This document shows positions 50,645 to 60,335 of a DNA stretch of 64,000 bases, in pieces. The notes under the pieces were generated by a model. That model saw only the letters and a program-made list of their open reading frames with translations, searched no databases and was not told the origin of the DNA. The DNA is from Betaproteobacteria bacterium. GTDB lineage: Bacteria > Pseudomonadota > Gammaproteobacteria > Burkholderiales > SG8-39. The stretch covers positions 47,500-111,499 of the forward strand of contig CANJJT010000002.1 of the NCBI GenBank assembly GCA_947474715.1, read 5' to 3'. Within the stretch, counting starts at the first letter, position 1, and each line of letters starts with the position of its first letter. The translations under genes and the position numbers were made by a program.

Positions 50645-52258
50645 TCAGGAGCTGCAAGACAGAGCCGAGCAGCCCGGACGATTGCGCGCCCATTCCGGAC
50701 GACGGGCGGCCAGCAACGCTTCGTCTGGCTGTTCATCATAGGGATGGCGCAACACCCGCATCAGCCTTTCCAGGGGCCCGGCATCCCCCGCAGCCAGCGC
50801 ATCGATGGCCTGCTGCGCCAGATAGTTGCGCGGAACGTATTTTGGATTGACCCGGTCCATGTGGGCGCGCCGCACGGCCGCCGGTAGCGCCTCTGCCGCC
50901 GCCCGCTGCAGGTATTGCCGCAACCAGCCGGTCAGTTGCCCGGCGTAGTCGCCCTCCAATACGGTCGGCAGGTAGAGCGCCGGCCGGATGCAGTCGATCA
51001 GCGCAGCATCCTCCACCTCGCCATCGGGCAGGCGTGACAGCGCGCGGAAGAACAGCGTCATGTCGGTCTCGGTGGCCTGCAGCAGCTTGAACAGGCCGTC
51101 GATCAGCGCCTCGTCCCCCGGACGATCCAGCCCGGCGACACCCAGCTTACCGGCCAGCATGCGCGCCGACTCGCGCTCGAAGGTATCGGCAAACACCGTC
51201 AGCCCGTGTTCCAGCGGTGCGGTGCCCTGCATCAGGGGCAGCAAGGCATTGGCCAGGCGCACCAGGTTCCATTGCGCGATGTGCGGCTGGTTGCCGTAGC
51301 AGTAGCGGCGTCCCGGGAGGTCGGTGGTATTGGGCGTCCAGTCCAGTTCGTAGCCCTCCAGCCAGCCATAGGGGCCGTAGTCGATGGTGAGCCCGAGGAT
51401 GGACATGTTGTCGGTGTTCATCACGCCATGCACGAAACCCACACGCATCCATTCCGAGACCATCACCGCGGTGCGCCGGCACACTTCGGCAAACCACTGT
51501 GCATAGACCTCGGGCGAAGGCGTGCCCAGCTCCGGGTAGTGGCTGGTGATGACGAAGTCGGCCAGCTGGCGCAATAACTGCAGTTCCTGCTGCGCTGCGA
51601 ATATCTCGAAATTGCCGAAGCGGATGAAGCTGGGCGCGACACGACAAACGATGGCGCCGGGCTCGGCCTCGGGGCGCCCGTCATAGAACATGTCGCGCAC
51701 CACGGGGTCGCCCGTGCCCACCAGGCTGAGGGCACGCGTGGTGGGCACGCCCAGGTGGTGCATGGCCTCGCTGCAGAGGAATTCACGCACCGAGGAACGC
51801 AGCACCGCGCGCCCGTCGGCGGTGCGGGAGTAAGGCGTGGGGCCCGCCCCCTTCAGCTGCATTTCGTAGTGACGGCCATCGGCGCCCTCGAGTTCGGCCA
51901 GGGTGATGGCACGTCCATCGCCCAGCTGGCCGGCCCAGTTGCCGAACTGATGGCCGCCATAGCGCGCGGCAAACGGCTGCATGCCGGAGAGCACGCGATT
52001 GCCACCCAGCACTTCGGCGGCGGCACCTGTGGCAGCCGGTCGAGCCAGTCCCAGCAGGGCCGCCGCCTCATCCGACCACGCGAGCAGTTGCGGGGCAGCT
52101 ACCGGCGTGGGTGTCACCAGGGTATACCCGGCATTGCGCACCTGACGCGGGCGGTTGTCGGCCAGCGGATCCCCCGGCAGCGCCTGCACGAAACCGTTCT
52201 CCCAGCTGTCGATGCTGGCAAGCTCGCGTGCAATTTGTACGGGGGTGATCTGGTTCAC
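50645..52258 (-). CDS. selO: Protein adenylyltransferase SelO (YdiU/UPF0061)
   Basis: [45 protein letters not shown]; C-terminus ..CSALSCSS (Cys, not Sec). Confidence 0.9.
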   Translation of the reverse strand: MNQITPVQIARELASIDSWENGFVQALPGDPLADNRPRQVRNAGYTLVTPTPVAAPQLLAWSDEAAALLGLARPAATGAAAEVLGGNRVLSGMQPFAARYGGHQFGNWAGQLGDGRAITLAELEGADGRHYEMQLKGAGPTPYSRTADGRAVLRSSVREFLCSEAMHHLGVPTTRALSLVGTGDPVVRDMFYDGRPEAEPGAIVCRVAPSFIRFGNFEIFAAQQELQLLRQLADFVITSHYPELGTPSPEVYAQWFAEVCRRTAVMVSEWMRVGFVHGVMNTDNMSILGLTIDYGPYGWLEGYELDWTPNTTDLPGRRYCYGNQPHIAQWNLVRLANALLPLMQGTAPLEHGLTVFADTFERESARMLAGKLGVAGLDRPGDEALIDGLFKLLQATETDMTLFFRALSRLPDGEVEDAALIDCIRPALYLPTVLEGDYAGQLTGWLRQYLQRAAAEALPAAVRRAHMDRVNPKYVPRNYLAQQAIDALAAGDAGPLERLMRVLRHPYDEQPDEALLAARRPEWARNRPGCSALSCSS

Positions 52259-52286
52259 TGCGATGTCTCCGAAGATGGCCTGGGCA

Positions 52287-53879
52287 TTATCCCTGCCTGA
52301 GGGGGATTGCGCTGCTGTCGTTCGGTGCGGCGCCGGTGACGACCGTCGGTGGCGTGGACGGCTGCGACTGTACTGCCGGGCGGGCCTCGGCAGCGGGCGC
52401 CGCCAGGTTGCGCGAGCGCCAGGCCAGCAACAAGGTCAGCGCGCCGGCCAGGCAAACGCCCCAGAACACCCAGTGCAGCCCGCCTGCCAGCCCCTCGCGC
52501 AACACTGCCAGCACCGCCGGGTCGGCAGCCGTTCGGGCCGGGCCTGACGCGGCAGGCAGTCCGCCCAGCAGTTGCTGCAGGTCATCCACGCCCAGCCGCC
52601 CGGCCCAGCCTTCGCGCTCCAGATGGCGCTGCACCATGACATTGAGCAGGCCGCCGAACAGGGCTGAGCCCACCGCGTTGCCCAGCATGCGCATCAGCAT
52701 GTTCGAGGCGGTGGCCGCACCGCGCTGGGTCCAGGGCACACTGGACTGTATGGTGATCATGAAGGTGATGCTGATGGTGCCCATGCCGGCCCCCAGCAGC
52801 ACCGCGCCCAGGGTGAGCAGCGTCACCCCGGTGCTGAACTGTACCGCCAGCGCAATCACCAGGCTGCCGAAAAACACGGCCACGCCGCCGATGCGGGCCA
52901 GGCGGCGGGCGCCCACCCGCACCAGCAACCGGCCTGCCACCACCGTAGCGATGGGCCAGCCGATCGACATGGCCGACAGCGCAAAGCCGGCGCGGATGGC
53001 CGAGGCGCCCAGCACCCCCTGGGCAAAGGTCGGCACGAAGGTCACGACCCCGGCAATCACCACGCCCGAGAGCAGCGTGGTGGCATTGGCCACGGCGATG
53101 AGCGGCGTTCGCCACAGCTCGAAATTCACCACCGGCTCCGCAGCGCGGCGCTCCTGGCGCACGAACAACACCGCGCAGACCACGAACACCAGTCCGAGCA
53201 CCGCCAGGCCCGCCGGCCCGAGGTCGCCGGCGTGGGTGAGGCACAGCATCAGCGAGGACAGCCCGGCCAGCAGCAGCACCGCGCCGGGGTAATCGACCTG
53301 CACGCGCCGGTGTGACACATCCTCGTGCAGGCAGGTAGCAATGATGAAGACGGCGACGATGCCGAAGGGCACATTCACCCAGAACACCCAGGACCAGTCG
53401 ACGTACTGCACGATGAGCGCCCCGGCCAGCGGGCCGACGATGGCCGACACCCCCCAGACGCTGGCCACATAGCCCTGCACACGGCCGCGCTCCTCGATGG
53501 GATAGAGGTCGCCGATGAGCGTCATCGCCAGGGGCACCACGGCACCGCCGCCAATGCCCTGTATCAGCCGGAACACCACCAGCGAGGGCATGGACCAGGC
53601 GATGCCGCACAGCACCGAGCCGGCGATGAACATGGCCAGCCCGAACAGCAGCACGCGCTTGCGCCCGAACAGATCGGAGAGCTTGCCGTACACCGGCACG
53701 GTCACCACCTGCATCAGCAGGTAGGAGGAAAACACCCAGCTGTACAGCGACATGTCGCCAAGGCGCGCCACGATGGTCGGCATGGAGGTGGCCACGATGG
53801 TCGCCTCGATGGCGCCCATGAACATGGACATGATGACGGCACCCAGCACCAGCGGCCGCCGCGTTTGCTTGCTGATCAT
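52287..53879 (-). CDS. MFS transporter, 14-TM DHA2 (EmrB-like) type
   Basis: MISKQTRRPLVLGAVIMSMFMGAIEATIVATSMPTI.., GKLSDLFGRKRVL motif A. Start at ATG 53879. 28 nt upstream of selO on the same strand. Confidence 0.85.
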   Translation of the reverse strand: MISKQTRRPLVLGAVIMSMFMGAIEATIVATSMPTIVARLGDMSLYSWVFSSYLLMQVVTVPVYGKLSDLFGRKRVLLFGLAMFIAGSVLCGIAWSMPSLVVFRLIQGIGGGAVVPLAMTLIGDLYPIEERGRVQGYVASVWGVSAIVGPLAGALIVQYVDWSWVFWVNVPFGIVAVFIIATCLHEDVSHRRVQVDYPGAVLLLAGLSSLMLCLTHAGDLGPAGLAVLGLVFVVCAVLFVRQERRAAEPVVNFELWRTPLIAVANATTLLSGVVIAGVVTFVPTFAQGVLGASAIRAGFALSAMSIGWPIATVVAGRLLVRVGARRLARIGGVAVFFGSLVIALAVQFSTGVTLLTLGAVLLGAGMGTISITFMITIQSSVPWTQRGAATASNMLMRMLGNAVGSALFGGLLNVMVQRHLEREGWAGRLGVDDLQQLLGGLPAASGPARTAADPAVLAVLREGLAGGLHWVFWGVCLAGALTLLLAWRSRNLAAPAAEARPAVQSQPSTPPTVVTGAAPNDSSAIPLRQG

Positions 53880-53995
53880 GACAGACAGGACTTTCGTGAT
53901 ACCCGTCACTGCGGCTGGCAAACCCCTGGCGGGGTCCGGCTCGCTGCATGCGACTCGAGGAAGACATTCTAAGTCGCCCGAATGAAATGACCGTC

Positions 53996-54247
53996 AGCCT
54001 CTCTGAATCGGGGCAGCATGAGACACGCATCCGCTCGCGCAGGGGCTCACTCTGTCAGTCCGACACCCCGGACAATGCCAGTCAGTGGCCTGAAAGCTTG
54101 CGCGTGTATCTTGACCCCCTGCCGTAGTCGCGGGCGCTGCAGGGCCTGCCGGGGCAACCCGGCGAGTCAGGTGGAATGCGCGGAAACGGTTTTCTCCGAT
54201 AGTACGTTCAGGCCCGCCCGTGCATGTCACGCGCGGGCTGTTTTTTT
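53996..54247 (+). ncRNA. Candidate unclassified structured small RNA ending at an intrinsic terminator
   Basis: No credible ORF. Helices: GCAGGGG/CCCCUGC, GUCCG-ACACCC-CGGAC, GCCA-GUCAG-UGGC, and GCCGGG-GCAA-CCCGGC with a GNRA loop (54148-54163). Possible promoter AAGACA-16 nt-TGAAAT at 53961-53988. The 5' end is a guess. Confidence 0.3.
54212..54247 (+). terminator. Strong intrinsic terminator on the plus strand
   Basis: GCCCGCCCGUG-CAUGU-CACGCGCGGGC (10 bp, one mismatch) followed by UG-UUUUUUU. Confidence 0.7.
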
Positions 54248-54286
54248 GGTGACTCACCGAAAGCCGGTGATGAAGCCGATGCGGGT

Positions 54287-54306
54287 GTTAACCCCCTTGT
54301 TAAAGG
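54287..54306. repeat. Degenerate solo MITE-end hairpin
   Basis: GTTAACCCCCTTGTTAAAGG, 38 nt before the full MITE copy 2. Confidence 0.55.
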
Positions 54307-54343
54307 TTCTTCGTCAAATTCCGGGGAGACGTGGCTGCGACGC

Positions 54344-54600
54344 GGTTTACCCCCTTGTCAAAGGGGGCCGACTCGTGAGCGCAGCGCACGAGCGGGGGGA
54401 TTTTCTCTCGCTGCCTTTACCGTTCGCCAGTCATGACCGCATGGAGGCCCTGAATGTCGTCCGGCACCTCACAGCTTGCAAGGCAACAAGCATGAGCTGG
54501 GCTCATGCAGAGCCGGAAAAAGGCAATGAGACCAGCCCGGCTGGCCAAAATCCCCCCGCGCGACTGCGTCGCGTCGGCCCCCTTTGACAAGGGGGTTTAC
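54344..54600. mobile_element. ~257-bp MITE-like element, copy 2 (opposite orientation to copy 1)
   Basis: GGTTTACCCCCTTGTCAAAGGGGGCCGAC ... GTCGGCCCCCTTTGACAAGGGGGTTTAC. The internal sequence is collinear with the reverse complement of 26527-26781. Confidence 0.85.
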
Positions 54601-54693
54601 ACCGCCGTGCCTGCCAAGCTTGCTGCCAATGCCGTCCCCGGAAATCGACGAAGAACCTGCTTTGTCGGGCTGTCACAGAGCGTCGGTCCTGGC

Positions 54694-54966
54694 TCAGCAG
54701 GCTGCAGATGACCCCGTGGCCGGATCAGCGTCGACATCATCACCGCCCTCTTGCCCTTGTTCATTCCTGCTGCCACCTTCCAGGCCGGCACTTCGGGACG
54801 CCGTCACGGTCGCCCCATCATTCAACAGGCCGACCCAGCTCAGCTGCCGCCCCTTGCGATGGTCCTTGCGTGCGAGATGCATGCCCTCGGGCGAAAGGGT
54901 GAGCGTATAAGCCTGACCCGCAATGTGGATTTCACGCTTGAGTGGTCCCTGCAGCAGGGTGGTCAT
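54694..54966 (-). CDS. Hypothetical 90-aa protein
   Basis: MTTLLQGPLKREIHIAGQAYTLTLSPEGMHLARKDHRKGRQLSWVGLLN.. has a plausible SD (AGGGGAAGG) and is divergent from the dehalogenase-like gene. No family recognised; the acidic/Gly-rich tail is low complexity. Confidence 0.35.
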   Translation of the reverse strand: MTTLLQGPLKREIHIAGQAYTLTLSPEGMHLARKDHRKGRQLSWVGLLNDGATVTASRSAGLEGGSRNEQGQEGGDDVDADPATGSSAAC

Positions 54967-55126
54967 GCCTTCCCCTGGTGGTGAGATTGAGTGGCCGGTC
55001 CAGCCAGTCCGGACGGTGGCCGGTGGTTGCTACACTGTCTGGACAACATCCGGCAGCGGCAATTCCCGCAATCGCGCAACAGCAGGCAGGCCTGCGCCGG
55101 ATTCATCCATTCAAGGAGAGGCATCC

Positions 55127-55873
55127 ATGCAGGCGGTTTCGCAAGGCGGCGGGACAGCGGGAAACATTCCGGCGGTGCGGGCACTGGTGTTCGACGTGTT
55201 CGGCACGGTGGTCGACTGGCGCAGTTCCATCATCCGCGAAGGCGAGATGCTGACGGCCAGCCGCGGCCTGAAAGCAGACTGGCCGGCCTTTGCCGATGCC
55301 TGGCGCGCCGGCTACAAGCCGGCCATGGACCGGGTGCGCAAGGGCGCCCTGTCCTGGACCAACATCGATGTGCTGCACCGGGAGATCCTCGACAGCCTGC
55401 TACCCGCCTTCGGACTGCAGTCGCTATCGCCCGCGGATCTGGAACACCTGAACCGCGTCTGGCACCGGCTGATGCCCTGGCCGGACACGGTCTCCGGCCT
55501 CAACCGCCTGAAGTCACGCTACCTCATCAGCACCTTGTCCAATGGCAACGTGGCCTTGCTGGTCAATATGGCCAAGAACGCCGGGCTGCCCTGGGACTGC
55601 GTGATGTCGGCAGAGCTGTTCTCTCACTACAAGCCCGATCCCGAGGTCTACGAAGGCGCAGCGCGCATGCTGGACCTGCCGCGCGAACAGGTGATGATGG
55701 TGGCCGCACACACCAATGACCTGCGCGCGGCACGTGCGGCCGGACTGGCCACCGCCTATGTGCATCGCCCGCTGGAGCACGGCCCGGGATCGAAACCGGA
55801 AGTGGTGGCACAGGGAGACTTCGATGTGGTGGCCAGCGACTTCCTCGATCTGGCGCGTCGCATCGGCGCCTGA
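55127..55873 (+). CDS. HAD-superfamily hydrolase, haloacid dehalogenase type II-like
   Basis: Start MQAVSQGG (AAGGAGAG upstream). ALVFDVFGTVVDW motif I, STLSNGN motif II, HYKPDPEVY..VAAHTNDLRAARAAG motifs III/IV. Confidence 0.8.
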   Translation: MQAVSQGGGTAGNIPAVRALVFDVFGTVVDWRSSIIREGEMLTASRGLKADWPAFADAWRAGYKPAMDRVRKGALSWTNIDVLHREILDSLLPAFGLQSLSPADLEHLNRVWHRLMPWPDTVSGLNRLKSRYLISTLSNGNVALLVNMAKNAGLPWDCVMSAELFSHYKPDPEVYEGAARMLDLPREQVMMVAAHTNDLRAARAAGLATAYVHRPLEHGPGSKPEVVAQGDFDVVASDFLDLARRIGA

Positions 55874-56509
55874 TGGTCACGGCACCGCCCTGGACAGGCG
55901 TGGGCAGCCATGATAACAATCATCATGAAAACCTAATATCCAAATTGATCATGTCTTGTTATTGATCACAATATCCGGAAAGACGTCGCATCATGGCGGA
56001 TCCGCCAATACGCCGAAAGGTCGTCGGCTCGAGCCTGCCGCCTTCACATTGCGAGCGCATCGAAAGCGCCCCGCTGCAGTGAGAAACGCTCCGGTGGCGC
56101 CCCTTGATCCGGCCTCAACCACCCTCGCCGGGCAGGACCTCAGGACATCATCGATGCGAGCAGGGCCAGGCTGACGACGGCCAGCATCAGCGAAGTCAGG
56201 CTGACCAGGCAGGCCTGGTTTTTACTGTGCTGGCGCTCACTGGATGGGGGGTCACTGCTTCCGGGTTCACTGCGTCGCGGTCGCAATGCCGGCATGCGCC
56301 TGGGACGCATTGCTGCCCATATGGCCTGGGCGGGCCGGGCTCCGCCCACAGGTCTCAGTCTTCTGCTTGCGCTTGCGCTTGCGTGCATGGATGGTCTTCC
56401 CTCTGGCGACAGCATGCCCCGGAGGTGTTACACGCTGATGAAGGCGGGATTGCATCTCTGACCCGACTGGCGCAGGGGCCGCGCCTTCCGGCCCCTGCCG
56501 CGACTCCCG

Positions 56510-57520
56510 TTACTGCGCCAGCATGCGCGCCGTTTCCAGCAACCCGACATCGAGGCCCTTGGTGCGGCCGGCGACGTCCGCCAGTGGCGTGGTGCGGATC
56601 TCGCCGGCGCGCAGGCCGACCAGCACGCCGTGGATACCCTGGGCCAGTTGACCCACCGCCGCCACACCCAATCGCGTCGCCAGGATGCGATCGGTTGCCG
56701 TGGGGACGCCGCCGCGCACCACATGGCCCAGGCGCGTGATGCGCAGTTCGAAGCCGATCTCGTCGCCATGATCGACAAAGTGGCGCAGGATGGTCTCGGC
56801 GCCGTTCTTCACGCCCTCGGCCACCACCACCAGCGCATGATTCTTGCCGCGCGTCCAGGCAGCCTGCAGACGCACCGCCACTTCATGTGGCTGGATTTCC
56901 TGCTCGGGAATGACGATCACCTCGGCGCCACCGGCAAGGCCCGCCATCAGTGCAATGTAGCCGCAGTGCCGGCCCATGGTCTCCACCAGGAAGGCGCGGT
57001 GCAGCGACGCGCCGGTGGTACGCAGCCGGTCCATCGCTTCCAGGGTGACGCTCACGGCCGTGTCCACGCCGATGGTGACATCGGTGCCTTCCAGGTCGTT
57101 ATCGATGGTGGACGGCACGCCCACCACCGGAAAGCCGGCCAGCGCCAGGCTTTGCGAGCCGGTCTGCGAACCATTGCCGCCAATCACGAACAGCGCGTCG
57201 ATGCCGCGCCGGCGCAGGTTGGCCAGCGCCGTGGTTCGGCCGGCCTCGGTCTGGAAGGCCTTGCTGCGCGCGCTGCCCAGCACGGTGCCACCACACTGGA
57301 TGATGCCGCCCACGGCACGCGCGCTCAAGGGTTCGATCTGGTCGGCCAGCAGGCCGGCAAAACCGTTGCGCACGCCATGCGGTTCCCAGCCCTGGGCAAT
57401 CGAGGCCCGCGCCAGCGCACGGATGGCGGCATTCATGCCCGGCGCATCGCCACCGCTGGTGAGTATGGCTGTCTTTCGTATCGTGGTCGGGTTCATACCT
57501 GCGGTCATCCTTGGCTTCAT
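56510..57520 (-). CDS. pfkA: 6-phosphofructokinase
   Basis: AILTSGGDAPGMNAAIRA, FVIGGNGS, GVPSTIDNDLEGTD, ETMGRHCGYIAL. The start could be ATG 57496. Confidence 0.88.
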   Translation of the reverse strand: MKPRMTAGMNPTTIRKTAILTSGGDAPGMNAAIRALARASIAQGWEPHGVRNGFAGLLADQIEPLSARAVGGIIQCGGTVLGSARSKAFQTEAGRTTALANLRRRGIDALFVIGGNGSQTGSQSLALAGFPVVGVPSTIDNDLEGTDVTIGVDTAVSVTLEAMDRLRTTGASLHRAFLVETMGRHCGYIALMAGLAGGAEVIVIPEQEIQPHEVAVRLQAAWTRGKNHALVVVAEGVKNGAETILRHFVDHGDEIGFELRITRLGHVVRGGVPTATDRILATRLGVAAVGQLAQGIHGVLVGLRAGEIRTTPLADVAGRTKGLDVGLLETARMLAQ

Positions 57521-58024
57521 CGTCGCTGCAAACCGGGAAATTCATCATAACGCATGGCCCCGCCGCGCCGGCTGCACGGGGATACCCCTCAGCAAGGACC
57601 ACGTCACGCAATGGACCCTGCATCCACCGTGCACGCAAGGCTGACCTTGCCAGATGACCGCTTTGCAAGGGCGGGAGGCATTGCATACAATCCCCTCACC
57701 ATATAAAGCCGGGTCCGGACCTTTCCGGATCGCCATGGCAGACAAGACGGCCTCCGCGCAGCAGGAAGGCCGCCAGCGACCACCAGAGGGAACCAGCATG
57801 AAGCGGCCAGCCGCCCATTGCCATCATCATCGTCTTTGCGGCCCTGTTGCAGCCACCCGGGTTGAAGTCCCCCGGGGCACCGCCATGGCCGGCGCCAGCC
57901 CCCACGCAATGGATGCGGGCCGCCCATGCACCCGCCCCCTTTCGCACCACCCTGCACTGCTGCCGCACGCAGCAGGCTGAACATTTGAGCAACCCGCCGG
58001 CAAACCGGCACACAGGAGAGAGAA

Positions 58025-58819
58025 ATGGCCCAGGAAGAAACCGGCGTTCGCGTCGAGATCAAGAACTACATCGCCGTGGTGACCTTCGACCGCCCGCCGG
58101 TCAATGCCACCTCGCGCCCCATGGTGCTGGCCACGCAGCAGGCCTTCGACAGCTTCAACAACAACCCGGATGTGCGGGTGGCCATCCTCACCGGACACGG
58201 CAAGGCCTTCTGCGCCGGCGCCGACATCAAGGCACGCTCTTCCAGCCTGGAGAGCGGCGCCGCGCTGCAGCCAGGCGCGCAGTCGGCGCACTCGCGCGCC
58301 GGCCGTGAAGGCTTCAACTGCATCCTCGACTGTGACGTGCCGGTGATCGCCGCACTCAATGGCCCGGCCATCGGCGCGGGTCTGGCCTTTCTCACCTCCT
58401 GCGACTACATCATCGCCGCCGAGACGGCCTTCGTGGCGCTGGGCGAGATCAATGTCGGCCTGATGGGCGGCGGGCGCCACGCGCAGCGGATGTTCGGCAC
58501 CTACACGGCGCGCCGCATGATGTACACCGGCGATCGCATCTCGGCCCAGGAGATGTACCGCCGCGGCCTGGTCGAGAAGGTGGTGCCGGCCGACAAGCTG
58601 ATGGAAGAAGCCATGGCCATGGCCGCCACCGTGGCCGAGAAGAGCCCGATCGCCATCAAGCTTGCCAAGCGCGCCATGAACACGGTCGAGGATATGACCC
58701 TCAAGGACGGCTACCGCTTCGAGCAGCAGCTCACCGCGGACCTGTCGCACACCGAAGACGCGAAGGAAGCCGCCGCCGCCTTCGTGCAAAAGCGCAAAGC
58801 CAACTTCAAGGGCCGCTGA
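58025..58819 (+). CDS. Enoyl-CoA hydratase/isomerase (crotonase) family protein
   Basis: VVTFDRPPVNA..GHGKAFCAGADIK..ALNGPAIGAGLAFLTSCDYIIAAETAF. Confidence 0.88.
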   Translation: MAQEETGVRVEIKNYIAVVTFDRPPVNATSRPMVLATQQAFDSFNNNPDVRVAILTGHGKAFCAGADIKARSSSLESGAALQPGAQSAHSRAGREGFNCILDCDVPVIAALNGPAIGAGLAFLTSCDYIIAAETAFVALGEINVGLMGGGRHAQRMFGTYTARRMMYTGDRISAQEMYRRGLVEKVVPADKLMEEAMAMAATVAEKSPIAIKLAKRAMNTVEDMTLKDGYRFEQQLTADLSHTEDAKEAAAAFVQKRKANFKGR

Positions 58820-58820
58820 G

Positions 58821-60272
58821 ATGGCCCGGACGCAGGCGGCGCGCAAGCCGGTCGGAAAACCCAAGGCCAAACCAGCCCCGGTGAAGAAGGCCGGGCCGGT
58901 GAAGCCGGCCGGCCAGGCCGGCGCACGTGCCACGGCCGCGGCAGGCAAGCCTGTTCGCAAGCTCGTCCGCAAGACTGTCCGCAAAGCCACCGCGTCGCCG
59001 GCGCCCCGGAAGAAAGCCGCCGCCAAGCCAGGCGCCCGCCGTGGCGGCGACCGCCTGCCCCTGTCGGGCATCCGCGTGCTCGATCTCTCACGCGTGCTGG
59101 CCGGCCCCTGGGCCGGGCAGAACCTGGCCGACCTCGGCGCCGAGGTCATCAAGGTGGAGCGCCCGGGCACCGGCGACGACACGCGCATGTGGGGCCCGCC
59201 CTTCCTCAAGGACGAGCAGGGCAATGTCACGAAGGAAGCCGCCTACTTCCTCGGCATCAACCGCTCCAAGCGCTCCATCACCATCGACATCGGTAAACCC
59301 GAGGGCCAGGACCTGGTGCGGCAACTGGCGGCCAAGGCCGATGTCATCCTGGAGAACTACAAGGTCGGCACGCTCAAGCGCTACCGGCTGGACTACGCCT
59401 CGCTGCGCAAGCTCAACCCCGGCCTCATCTACTGCTCCATCACCGGCTTCGGCCAGAGCGGCCCCTACAGCGAACGTCCGGCCTACGACTTCCTCATCCA
59501 GGCCATGAGCGGCCTGATGAGCATCACCGGCGAGCGCGCCGACAAGCCCGGCGGCGGGCCGATGAAGGTGGGCATCCCCATCGCCGACCTGATGACCGGC
59601 CTGTATGCCGACATCGCCATCCTGGGGGCCCTCGCCTGGCGGGCGAAATCCGGCAAGGGCCAGCACATCGACCTCGCCCTGCTGGATGTGCAGATCGCCG
59701 TCATGACCGGGCGCAACCTCGGCTACTTCGTCACCGGCCAGTCGCCGAAAGCCAATGGCAACGAGCATCCCAACATCGTGCCGCAGACGGTCTACCCGGC
59801 GCGTGACGGCCATCTCATCGTGGTGGTGGGCAACGACGGGCAGTTCGTGAAGTTCTGCGAGGCACTGGACATGGCCGACATGGCGCGCGACCCGCGCTTT
59901 GCCACCAACCCGCAGCGCGTCATCAACCGCGAGGACCTCAACGCCGCCATCGTTGCGCGCCTGGCGCTGGGCGACTGCGCCCACTGGGTGGCGAAGTTCG
60001 AGGCGGCCGGCGTGCCCTGCGGCCCGATCAACACCGTGGCCCAGGTGTTCGACGACCCGCAGGTCATCCATCGCGGCATGAAGATCCACATGCAGCACCC
60101 GCTGGCGGGCCGGGTGCCGCTGGTGGCCAATCCGATCAAATACTCCGAGACACCCATCCGCTATCGCAGTGCACCGCCGCTGCTGGGACAGCACACCGGT
60201 GACATCCTGAAAAAGGAACTGGGCCTCAGCACCGCGCGGATCGCGGCACTGAAAAAATCAGGCGCCATCTGA
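58821..60272 (+). CDS. CaiB/BaiF family III CoA-transferase with a ~77-aa Lys/Ala/Pro-rich N-terminal extension
   Basis: Core LSGIRVLDLSRVLAGPWAGQNLADLGAEVIKVERPGTGDDTR... The ATG lies 1 nt after the crotonase stop. The N-terminus is MARTQAARKPVGKPKAKPAPVKKAGPVKPAG..RKKAAAKPGARR. Confidence 0.85.
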   Translation: MARTQAARKPVGKPKAKPAPVKKAGPVKPAGQAGARATAAAGKPVRKLVRKTVRKATASPAPRKKAAAKPGARRGGDRLPLSGIRVLDLSRVLAGPWAGQNLADLGAEVIKVERPGTGDDTRMWGPPFLKDEQGNVTKEAAYFLGINRSKRSITIDIGKPEGQDLVRQLAAKADVILENYKVGTLKRYRLDYASLRKLNPGLIYCSITGFGQSGPYSERPAYDFLIQAMSGLMSITGERADKPGGGPMKVGIPIADLMTGLYADIAILGALAWRAKSGKGQHIDLALLDVQIAVMTGRNLGYFVTGQSPKANGNEHPNIVPQTVYPARDGHLIVVVGNDGQFVKFCEALDMADMARDPRFATNPQRVINREDLNAAIVARLALGDCAHWVAKFEAAGVPCGPINTVAQVFDDPQVIHRGMKIHMQHPLAGRVPLVANPIKYSETPIRYRSAPPLLGQHTGDILKKELGLSTARIAALKKSGAI

Positions 60273-60335
60273 ACCACCCCGGGTACACCCCTCGGAAACC
60301 ATGAAGCCATGAAGTCATCCCCAACGGAGGTCGCC

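Noticed and set aside
50645-52258. SelO as a selenoprotein, or as evidence for Sec usage
   Set aside because: There is no in-frame TGA and the C-terminus is ..SCSS with Cys. Bacterial SelO homologs are Cys proteins, so this says nothing about Sec decoding capacity.
53994-54257. Cobalamin riboswitch on the minus strand (GCCACTG and GCAGCGCCCGCGACTACGG resemble B12-element pieces)
   Set aside because: The GGGAA / GGUG..AAUCC 5' half and the AGYCMGGAGACCKGCC B12 box are absent. An MFS efflux gene is an unlikely target, and the only terminator is on the other strand.
57521-58024. 504-bp gap between pfk and the crotonase gene, including a 44-codon minus-strand ORF (MMMAMGGWPLHAGSLWWSLAAFLL..)
   Set aside because: No SD, no terminator, no repeats or conserved-looking structure. 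Most simply a divergent promoter region.
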